Positions 57,401 through 64,000 of a DNA stretch of 64,000 bases are shown here, piece after piece (position 1 is the stretch's first letter; the number at the start of each line of letters is the position of its first letter). The notes beneath the pieces are model-generated. The model searched no databases. It was not told the origin of the DNA and worked only from the letters and a program-made list of their open reading frames with translations. The DNA is taken from sequence record OP589283.1, one strand, 5' to 3'. Made by a program: the position numbers and the translations under genes.

Positions 57401-58326
57401 GAGTCTTTACCAAACTTCTCGTTTAACATTTCACGAATACCGCCAGATTTACTAACTGCGGTATTGTAGATGCTTTCTCTTAAATTCTTTTTAACAAACT
57501 GACTGGTGGTAGTCTTTTGGAAATCAGACATCGCTGTTTGTTTGTTAATGGCTTTAAGCTCCTGAATCGCTCTGTGTTGAGCTTTTTCCATGAACTTATA
57601 GAACTTAGCGCTGGTAGCATATTGTCTCGCTAATAAGCTGATTTTAGCCTTATCGTTAGCCGTTTGAACACGTTGCTGATAGATGACAATATCTTGCAAC
57701 GTTCTGTTCATTTGACCCATGCCGGATGCAATAGCGTTGCTGCTACCTAACAGGTGACTTGCAGTCTGAGTGATTGTTTGACTAATTGCATCTCCCACAG
57801 TAGATAATGCAGAAACGGTGTTGTCTCCGCTTTGTGCCACTGTGCTAACTAATTGGTTAACTTCTTCATCAGAAGTTTCTTCCATCTTAATCGTGTCATC
57901 ACTACTTGAGCTTGACTTCTCCCAATCACTGAAGTCGTGTTTAGAAAAGCTTTCAACCCCCTCTGAAATCTTATTAGGCAAGTACCGGTCAATCTTATCT
58001 TTTGAAGATTTTGCGATAGATTGCAGGTTGACCATACTTTCATGGGTGTTATTTTTAATTTCTTGAATCAACTCACTGCGTTGTTGTTCAAGACGTGAAA
58101 TATTACTAAAGAAAGGTTTAAAACTGTTGGGGAGAACGCGTTCTAATGTACGTAGATTCGTAGAAGTGTCACCGTAGGTTGAATCAGTCGCACCTGCCAA
58201 AAATCCAGTAACAAAACTTTTTAATTTGCTTTTAGGTTTTGACGAATCGAAATCATCATCAAAACTCATATCACCTTCAAATGGGTCATCTCCCCAATCG
58301 AAATCATCATCGAAATTATCACTCAT
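51445..58326 (-). CDS. Giant tail protein (tape-measure-like, phiKZ gp181-like) with a C-terminal GH19 muramidase domain
   Basis: Real start is likely MSDNFDDDFDW at 58326 (2293 aa). Helical, with glycine-rich hydrophobic segments. GH19 motifs ANAYVESGGF..ENLKY and GDGWRYRGRGFIQLTGKNNY. Confidence 0.85.
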   Translation of the reverse strand: MSDNFDDDFDWGDDPFEGDMSFDDDFDSSKPKSKLKSFVTGFLAGATDSTYGDTSTNLRTLERVLPNSFKPFFSNISRLEQQRSELIQEIKNNTHESMVNLQSIAKSSKDKIDRYLPNKISEGVESFSKHDFSDWEKSSSSSDDTIKMEETSDEEVNQLVSTVAQSGDNTVSALSTVGDAISQTITQTASHLLGSSNAIASGMGQMNRTLQDIVIYQQRVQTANDKAKISLLARQYATSAKFYKFMEKAQHRAIQELKAINKQTAMSDFQKTTTSQFVKKNLRESIYNTAVSKSGGIREMLNEKFGKDSRSEKYDALNTLTSAIEMTASMSEGMELDMFNIAGGLAGEYAVNALIPKLLKSGWTKKRIRSFIRKNPKLYKQLKGKYAWLDDKGGRLSYLTSNTEGLVNLAAKHSSSYDDYEGQDLSYDDYVERMQEEGKKPLNKVVWWTQEKIKAGATHVGNRLTEDLYNSSGTRITNKLRRHADLANPAKWSLRNDLTLNEVIPAHLANINLSLEKIRTGNNSLKAEHYDIVKARFIGQKERDSSVMSRVFAKNEVGSYADSSLRVVDKLDKDGVLTNDKTLRGKLAALVARNQDKGLAFSPYSYLELEGEGFTKAEAEKVRQLMISQWGLTQDDIDKFKSGNLGSVLEALAGIKDIKRLNEVSESYNYLGQSAQSIADRFDEMKAAGNTDALRRAGILKEDDTFDNELRWRLIEEYAKGNDPLSKTMEKAESKSKSNFNNGGFNSLQTPKANQDTEQPTAIDYTVFRELNENIKKLDFSKFDLGGLKNLEPTLAKINSGIADVAKNTADMKALLERVAKEGITTKTIVSRKEKQEKDEAEVQKQGILERIKGFGSGLFSGGMDKILKHDPLILGGLLGGLAATAFHDPKMAMLIGGVSALTVGYMKFHEKAQARGVYDDEDIYEEGAESPLLEAERLKRGEYYCAVAKKVLTSWKEIIGAVVTKTGALVASAYQLSKKLWTSKGKPILLAGLNKGKDLLFRAFRWLDPLNRLTKLKDAAVTRVKQSAVYLKTDTGVSRTPVLTRKGFQEGWYFDENGNPVTSWSDIKGPVYDRDMEPLITQTDYDNGLCNIFGVSLDTTKSTLGKVSKWLGEKFGIMKERFNPAMNRAKEMTKNAFTTDLTPVVSSVDRIYDLLMAHWKYSKTPPRFNDPVTGEPMPAEPGTAGVTPPVSSDKSKEGTVDPISKQRRKKAKGETPTTDKDGKPFVRENSFEDLKQEKEEKEEKEYRRSFLDMVRGLGKDKEKKEEKKGGLLSLLTSGFGLISGLLPKIATGILSIGGTLVSGIAAIVGALGGSWIPDFGGDKDLTPEQRKQNKADKEKAKREKVKAGNKGKAVSRFLKGGKLLGAGAALSYGTSALVSSGIVEEGGLVDDVSGVASTALGVAGTWGMANSVLGLGGYSVGGLLSSAAAGIAGLLSWPVVIGAAAVGAVGYGAYKAYKHFDKPKLPAQIRMAQYGVADSQSDLAARVFNLERFLEEYVVIKGTSASLSEQADVEGMLRLFLQNPKDGKEVEAFLSWFTYRFKPVFLNYCGTMQALDVKGMEAYDSDEDIIRYRIAKDVQRAINGITPNVYDVTPRIDKDTLLINLDNTTTFTDNLFEDWKELLGDALKTDVTTQLKMESKASLEAKRDELKQIARDDNFNGKNYFERTANLRELQDVEQKLKFLNNEAVVKFKSGNDLSVTDLMPEDGTLDPFVALRVGMYGVSLINQSEVEAVLYLERYCEKYVSINGQEVTFSKTPIDVYSEVSSVFGNNVSNRGTWINWFNSRFLPAFLGYMSYYNEYGTGAPGKNWTKLSATAKYKIAKALTLTKSLTGRRNLVIETTSYSAFKDGIDDELGEKILAYLSVLEEKSSRANLIDPIAEAKRTSTKAYLGKIVETNTKGQETLYTSNRTTGNDAKSRKDFMLAGGYGGNTYTKTYFEPIKGNTDTKMLDYGGVTANEGDDQGISVPRELAEQLIIKEMLARGFTDPREIALVLANAYVESGGFKKSTENLKYTDPKRMVDLFSEVKTIEQARSLMKAGPVTTANTVYGGAKGLSLGNTNPGDGWRYRGRGFIQLTGKNNYKSIGDRLGLDLVGNPKLASEDPNIMAKILVEYFASNKKMRTITENDNFAFASQGVNANLPDMDKRFGYYKDYLSSLVDGTLTAENKDEDKKAETVSTAAIPKKAPYQKSSIPFAGVAAPDDSVVNKQVATQPTGTTKPDGVPASLAPLPKETPAAPTPVQVINNNDELKKLLAGGINTNDPNSSKLLANILVELQKMNQSKNDPMTVALK

Positions 58327-58357
58327 ATGCTTACTCTCTTTTAATGAGGTTAGAATA

Positions 58358-59818
58358 ATGAAACCAACCAGAATTAAATTATTAGACCCCAAAACAATTT
58401 TTCCACCTCTTATTAACGAAGTGAGTAGTGGGGACACGTTTGACCGGGGCACGCACAACCTTCACGAAGAAGGGTTATATTCTCCTACCATCTTTGGTAG
58501 AATCGGACGTAAAGACCGGTTTTCCAAAGAAGGGTTTATCAATACGGGTGCACCTATTTTAAACCCCACGTATTATAAAACTATCGTGGGATTGAACAAC
58601 GGTCAAAACGGTTTATACGCCGGTATTTTGAAAGGGATCGTTTACGCAAAATGGGATGCCCAGAAAAAGGATTTCATAAAATCCGATATCATCGAAGGAA
58701 GAACAGGATATAGTTTCTTTTTAGAACACTTATCTGAGTTCGCACCTGAGTTAAAAGATTCCCATTCCCGTAAGCAAGCCATTAAGTTAATTTTGGAAAA
58801 CAAAGATAAAGCATTAATGAAACGCTTTATTGTCATTCCGGCAGGTTTACGGGATATTGAACATCGCCCCGATGGTGGGGTTAAAGAAAAGGAAATTAAT
58901 AAAACGTATCAACGTTTAATTTTCCGTGCCCGTTCTTTACAAGGTATTAACGAGCGTGATGAGAACGATCCTGTTTACGATAACTCTCGTGCATCCATTG
59001 GTGAAATTGTTAACGAAATAGACCACGAACTGTTTGAGATGTTAAACGGTAAGAGTGGTTTCATTCAATCTAAAGTAGGTACCCGTGGTTTAGTCAGTTC
59101 TACTCGTAACGTGATTGTGGCCAGACAAGTCAGTCGTACTCATTTAGACGAAGATGACGGTAAAGGCATCAATAGCACCGATATCGGTTTATATCAAGCA
59201 ATGTTGATGTACAATTATGCTTGTTTACATGAACTGATAAACGGTTGGTTATCCACTATTTTTACAATAGGGGCTAACGTGGGTAAATTAGTTGATACCA
59301 AAACCTTAACTTCAGAATACGTGGATTTGAAACCAGACACCATCAGTAAGTGGACAACCGTTGAAGGGTTAAATAAACTCATCTATGGTTTCAAGAACGT
59401 CCATCTACGCCATAAACCAATTGTGGTGGAAGGTTACTACCTTGGGTTAGTTTACGACGATGGTAAAGAGGTTAAACTACTCAGTGACATCGGCGAACTT
59501 CCAGATGGAAGGGATAAAAAGTTTGTCACTCCATTGACGTACTTTGAAATGTTTTATTTAATTTGTAACCAAGCCATTAAACAAAACCTGATGCAACAAA
59601 CGCGTTACCCCATTATCGGTATCGGTAGTACGTATCCTTCTTATAACAATCTTGTTACGGGAAGTGAAAACAAACCCCGTAACGTATTAAATGAAATGTG
59701 GGAAACCGAATATCGTTGTTTAAGTTATCCTGAGAAATCAGAACATCCAGTTTATTATGACGCAATGTCTGTTGACATTAGTCGATATGCTAACTTGGAC
59801 GCTGACAACGACGGCGAT
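58358..59818 (+). CDS. rpoC: Virion RNA polymerase beta' subunit (phiKZ gp180-like), exon 1
   Basis: Start MKPTRIKLL (RBS gaggt). EGLYSPTIFGRIG, VIPAGLRD, GKSGFIQSK..TRG..SSTRNVI. Ends in the catalytic motif NLDADNDGD. Confidence 0.88.
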
Positions 59819-61619
59819 TTTCTTGTACATTAATAAAGATGTGATTATTGCACCTTCGTGTTCTATTTTATATAGATAAAACCGAGGAAATAACATGTCA
59901 CTCTTTACTTTACATTATCTTAAACTTCCAGAGTCAAACATTACGTATGAACTCAAGAATGATTTTTTGTTCTACGATGGAGAAACCACTCTCCCCCACT
60001 TAACTTTTACTGACAGCCCAGATAAAGTGTTGGTTAAAAATCCGTCTCCTAAGAAGGAAGGTGACGCTTACCTTACACTGGATAGAGGGTTACTTATTCT
60101 TTTTGCATGTCGTCGTTTCTATCTTCCTCTCAGTTTATGGAGGATGGTTGATATTCAGTTTTTAGATGATAACACAAAAAATTATGACCCTCGTAACTTA
60201 TATGTCATGTACAAAGAAAAAATACCCTATCCTGAATTGGAGGGATTTTACTACATACCAGGACACGAACTGAACGTCATCAATGAAAAAGGAGTGGTGT
60301 TTAATATTCCTTGCTCTAAACTCAGACCCCCGAAAATAAACAATGCGCACATTGATAAGAACACCTACATCGGTACCACTGTAGAGATAAAACCTCATAA
60401 GTTTGTCACAAGGGTGTTACATCGATTACTAGGGTTGGTATTTAAGAACCCCCCCAAGGGTTATCCTAATTGTGTGGTAGACCATTTGAATGCGGTAAAG
60501 TACGATTTCTCATTGGATAATTTAGAATGGGTATCGTCAGGTGAGAATAATGACCGTGCTAAACAAATGGGGTTACGAACGGACAATAAACGAGTTGAAG
60601 TGTTAGACACTAAAACAGGTATAACGTCCACATACATCTCAGGTAATAGTGCAGCGGCCGCTATAGGCTGTTCTAACGGGATTTTGAGTAATGCGTTTAC
60701 AAGTGGTTCTAGGGTAGTTAAAAAGCGGTGGAAAGTAAGGTACGTTGGAGAAGAAGTCAATTGGGATTCGATTTCAATCAAACCCAGCGGAAACTCAGAA
60801 GTAAAACCTATTTTAGCCAGAAATGTTGTGTCTGGTCATATTCGTAAGTTTCCGAGTGTAAGGGAAGCCATGCGAGTATTGTCAAAAGAAGGTGTACGCG
60901 TTCATTTGGCATCCATCACCAGACAAGTTAACAACTCTGCGGAGAAACGAATAACAGGCGGGTATGAATTCAAATACCAAGATGATAGTACACCTTGGCA
61001 TGTATTCACTGAATGGGATGTAGAGGTATTTAGACGCGGCCTCAATACTCGTACACCTGTTTATAACGTTACCGATGTTACCACCAAAGAGTCAACCATT
61101 TACTTTGGTTGGCAACCAGTTGCTTTATTAACTGGAGTAGAAAAGCGTGCTGTACTCATTGCAGCGGCTGAGGGTGGTATACTGGCTCGTAAGTTTAAGA
61201 TAGTAAAGTTAAGGTAATAATGTATTATGTCCAGCTAGGCGCGAAAGCCCTAGACTGTTTTCCTTTGAATTGACTGGGACGACCACAAAAGTGAACCGCT
61301 ACTGCTCATTAGAAATGATGAGTGACAGAGACGAAAGTCAGAAACAATGGTGTTCACCTGCCCTATGCTAACCAATAACGCTAAGGGGTATTGACAAGGG
61401 TCTATCAGCAGCTAAGCTCCGTACGAGGGTTATCCCTCAGGAGAATGTCCAACGACTAAGGCCTAGCCAGCCTGTACTCATGACATGGATTCGTTGTGGG
61501 GAAGTGGAGGAGACCTAAGGTTACAAAAGTAACTATGGTTAAGATATAGTCTGTCCCTGGCTTAAGAGCAAGGCGGGTGTCTGTGCACACCGGGTGTAAG
61601 TAATACACCGGACAAAGAG
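59819..61619 (+). mobile_element. Group I self-splicing intron (IA-like, about 1801 nt) carrying an HNH endonuclease
   Basis: Exon 1 ends in U (GAT) and the intron ends in G. Core elements: P aattgactggga 61268-61279, Q tatcagcagc 61403-61412, R gtccaacgactaa 61447-61459, S aagatatagtct 61541-61552. P7 is GACTA/TAGTC. Splicing restores DGD|QLN. Confidence 0.88.
59895..61217 (+). CDS. Intron-encoded HNH homing endonuclease (NUMOD4-HNH-NUMOD1 type)
   Basis: LHRLLGLVF...VVDHLNAVKYDFSLDNLEWVSSGENNDRA; three C-terminal NUMOD1/IENR1-like HTH repeats; RBS gagga. Confidence 0.9.
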   Translation: MSLFTLHYLKLPESNITYELKNDFLFYDGETTLPHLTFTDSPDKVLVKNPSPKKEGDAYLTLDRGLLILFACRRFYLPLSLWRMVDIQFLDDNTKNYDPRNLYVMYKEKIPYPELEGFYYIPGHELNVINEKGVVFNIPCSKLRPPKINNAHIDKNTYIGTTVEIKPHKFVTRVLHRLLGLVFKNPPKGYPNCVVDHLNAVKYDFSLDNLEWVSSGENNDRAKQMGLRTDNKRVEVLDTKTGITSTYISGNSAAAAIGCSNGILSNAFTSGSRVVKKRWKVRYVGEEVNWDSISIKPSGNSEVKPILARNVVSGHIRKFPSVREAMRVLSKEGVRVHLASITRQVNNSAEKRITGGYEFKYQDDSTPWHVFTEWDVEVFRRGLNTRTPVYNVTDVTTKESTIYFGWQPVALLTGVEKRAVLIAAAEGGILARKFKIVKLR

Positions 61620-61790
61620 CAATTGAACGCTAACGGGATTGTTGCAGAAGACAGTAAAGAAGAATGTAAAGGTTTATTCGGTAAACGTGACTTTTACATT
61701 GGTGGTGGGGATAACTTTTATTATACCCCGGTTACTGATACATTGGCTTGGTTGCTTAAATCTGCAACTTCGGGACTTAAATCCGTTTAG
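61620..61790 (+). CDS. rpoC: Virion RNA polymerase beta' subunit, exon 2 (56 aa)
   Basis: QLNANGIVAEDSKEECKGLFGKRDFYIGGGDNFYYTPVTDTLAWLLKSATSGLKSV*. In frame with exon 1, giving a spliced product of 543 aa. Confidence 0.8.
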   Translation, partial: QLNANGIVAEDSKEECKGLFGKRDFYIGGGDNFYYTPVTDTLAWLLKSATSGLKSV

Positions 61791-61798
61791 GAAAGATT

Positions 61799-64000
61799 AT
61801 GAAACAGGCACCTTTATATGAATTGTGGTATCGTAAGCTCGGGTTACGTAAAAAGCAAAACATTGCTAACCCAATGTTTTTGTCTTTAGCGGAATTGAGT
61901 TTACCGTTATACAGCACAATTCATTATTTAGCAAAACATGAAAATGAGTTAGGCCCCAGCCCAAGTGAAACGTTAATTTCAAATTGGTTGGGCGAAAACA
62001 TTTACATTAACTTTGTGAACACCTATACTCCTTATATTGGGAGTATTGGCCCTGCTGTGTTTGATCTACGTAAAAACATTAAGAAATATCGTGCAAGTCA
62101 TTTTAACTATAGTTGGATTATGAACATCAATGACGTCTATAAACGTCGTGAAAATTTGATTGTTTGGAACCACGCTTGTGCGAATAAAACGTTCAAAGTA
62201 AGAGCAAGTCTTTTTGCTACCTATGAACGTTATTATAATGATTTCCGTAACGTAATCGAAAGTGTTAATACCGTTACTGAAAAAGGATTACGTAATCAAT
62301 TTTTAAGAATTGAACTACCCAATCGGATGCCGAACTTTTTACGTATTAGTGATGATTTAAATCATTTTGCTAAGGTGCGTAGAGAATACGCCAAAACCGG
62401 CAAGATGATGCTGAATAAAGAAATGATGCGTCAGACAAAAGGCGAAAGTTGCTATTGGGTATTAGAGTTACTCAGCTTCTTATTAACAGATTTAGCAACT
62501 AATAAGAAAGGGGAAGAAGCTGAAGAAAAAATTAAAATAAGTTTATTTAACCTACTCAATGATGAGTCTAAACATAAATTAAATATTGTGTTTAGTTATC
62601 AAGGTACCGGATTTGTCGTTAACCTTGGTTTATTAGAAAGTTGGTTTAAAGAGCTTCGCGATGATGGTAGTCGTGTTAATGGTTTCAAACGTTTCTATCT
62701 TTCTCTTATCAAGTTGTCTAGCACCGAAATGGTTTTAGAGGACGAAAATGAAGAGATTAAAAACACTGTCGAGGAGACTACGGAAGAACCAGAGGAACTG
62801 GATGAAGATGAGTCAGAGGCGCCCATTGAAAAAGATGAGCAAAAGGTCGCTGTTCACGATACTACTCCTATTCTTGATATTTTCGCTGATCAAGTCGATT
62901 CTGATGACGGAAGTCTTCAATCCGGAGGAGACGAGGGAGGGGAAGATGATTCTGGAGAGCCTGCTGAACAGTCGTGGACCGATCCAGTAGACGATAGTCT
63001 ATTTGAAGAGCCTGAGGTTGCCACTGAGACGGATTCAGGTCGTAATGTATTCGCTGACCCTTCCGCAGGTATTGAACGCAGTCTTCGCTTAAAAGGGAAA
63101 GAGAACGGTATTAGCGCAAGAGAATACGCTCTCTTTAAAAAGAAATCGGAGTCTTATAAAAACATTGTGTTACCTAACGGTGAAACGATGGAAACGTTTA
63201 TGAAGATAGACGAAAAAGAACTCCGTAATCTTGACGGTAAAATTAAGGGGACTTTTGAAACCGTAAAAGACCCTTCGTTATTACAGTCTCGTACTTCGGA
63301 ATTGCGTAAAGGGTACGTGAAGAAGTTTTTACATAAAGACATCATTCGTACTTTAGTTGCTTTCCAAAACAGTGGTACCGCGTTAACTGATTTGTCTATC
63401 ACTGAAGAGGGTGACAAAGAAGGGATGTATGAAATTTATAACGCGCAATTCCATCCTGTTGGGGGAACTGTTAAAACCGTTCCTATTCGCATGCCGAAAG
63501 TGCTACCTGACTGCACCATCATGATAGATGGTAATAAAAGCTATTTACAAAACCAACGCATGGAACTCCCTATTCGTAAGGTGAGACATGACGAAGTAAT
63601 GCTATCTAGCTTTTATGGTACACGATTAAGTTTAAAACGCAGCCGTATGGTGAAGGACGATTATCATCTTTGGTTATTACGTCAAATCATCAAAGGGGAT
63701 AAAATCAACGGTTATCAAATTGCATTGGGTCGTAGTAAAACAAGCCACTTAAAGGTTCCTCAACTTTATTACACGCTTGCAGCCAAATTTAAATCTATTG
63801 CATTTGATGACATGACCTTTGTTTTCTCAATGGACACGTTGATTGAAGAAGACCCAGCGATTGAAAAGTTGAATTCCCCTGATAGTGTAGTCATCGGTAA
63901 AAAGGGTGACAAATACATTACATTGGATGCGTTTAACAACGTTTATGTCGGGGATGAGTTAAAAGGTGGGTTTACTGAGTTAGTTAAAATCGACCAGCGC
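61799..64000 (+). CDS. rpoB: Virion RNA polymerase beta subunit, N-terminal part (phiKZ gp178-like), 3'-truncated by the window
   Basis: Not in the ORF track because no stop occurs in the window. Starts MKQAPLYELWYRKLGLRKK; contains RNQFLRIELP and beta-like IRMPKVLPDCTIMIDGNKSYLQNQRMELPIRKV; synteny gp181-gp180-gp178. Confidence 0.8.
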   Translation, partial: MKQAPLYELWYRKLGLRKKQNIANPMFLSLAELSLPLYSTIHYLAKHENELGPSPSETLISNWLGENIYINFVNTYTPYIGSIGPAVFDLRKNIKKYRASHFNYSWIMNINDVYKRRENLIVWNHACANKTFKVRASLFATYERYYNDFRNVIESVNTVTEKGLRNQFLRIELPNRMPNFLRISDDLNHFAKVRREYAKTGKMMLNKEMMRQTKGESCYWVLELLSFLLTDLATNKKGEEAEEKIKISLFNLLNDESKHKLNIVFSYQGTGFVVNLGLLESWFKELRDDGSRVNGFKRFYLSLIKLSSTEMVLEDENEEIKNTVEETTEEPEELDEDESEAPIEKDEQKVAVHDTTPILDIFADQVDSDDGSLQSGGDEGGEDDSGEPAEQSWTDPVDDSLFEEPEVATETDSGRNVFADPSAGIERSLRLKGKENGISAREYALFKKKSESYKNIVLPNGETMETFMKIDEKELRNLDGKIKGTFETVKDPSLLQSRTSELRKGYVKKFLHKDIIRTLVAFQNSGTALTDLSITEEGDKEGMYEIYNAQFHPVGGTVKTVPIRMPKVLPDCTIMIDGNKSYLQNQRMELPIRKVRHDEVMLSSFYGTRLSLKRSRMVKDDYHLWLLRQIIKGDKINGYQIALGRSKTSHLKVPQLYYTLAAKFKSIAFDDMTFVFSMDTLIEEDPAIEKLNSPDSVVIGKKGDKYITLDAFNNVYVGDELKGGFTELVKIDQR

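Noticed and set aside
51594-58066. Many plus-strand ORFs antisense to the giant tail gene (e.g. 54302..54871)
   Set aside because: Shadow ORFs of a long coding strand, with no RBS or recognisable motifs
58226-58458. Apparent 233-bp overlap of the beta' ORF (58226) and tail ORF (58458)
   Set aside because: Both track starts are upstream extensions. RBS and protein sequence favour ATG 58358 (+) and ATG 58326 (-), which do not overlap.
61639-61821. 60-aa ORF after the intron
   Set aside because: Out of frame with the true exon 2 (61620-61790) and overlaps the beta gene start; spurious
62748-62990. 80-aa ORF inside the beta gene
   Set aside because: Alternate-frame reading of the acidic low-complexity region of the long open frame starting at 61799
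1-64000. tRNA, rRNA or CRISPR arrays
   Set aside because: No cloverleaf with T-loop/anticodon signature, no rRNA-like segment and no regularly spaced repeat-spacer array was recognised; the hairpins are single terminators

Overview
This 64 kb window is a segment of an AT-rich phiKZ-like (Chimalliviridae-type) jumbo phage genome. An encoded GroEL-like chaperonin and NAD-dependent ligase suggest an EL/OBP-like lineage. From left to right it carries three related tail-fibre genes (one with about 8 Ig-like repeats), a central tail spike, an SbcC/Rad50 ATPase, an NAD+ DNA ligase, RNase HI and a chaperonin. These are followed by a tandem array of five paralogous virion proteins, an SF2 helicase interrupted by a class 3 intein, DHFR plus a degenerate DHFR-like paralog, and a second (gp155-type) RNase H. 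The right part holds UvsX/RecA, a virion RNA polymerase beta C-terminal subunit, a 2293-aa tail protein with a GH19 muramidase domain, and the virion RNAP beta' and beta subunits. The beta' gene is split right after its catalytic Asp triad by an ~1.8 kb group I intron encoding an HNH endonuclease; the beta gene runs off the window. Many intrinsic terminators and phiKZ-type early promoter motifs (TATATTAC) are visible. No tRNA, rRNA or CRISPR array was recognised. All family assignments come from motif recognition by eye, not database searches.
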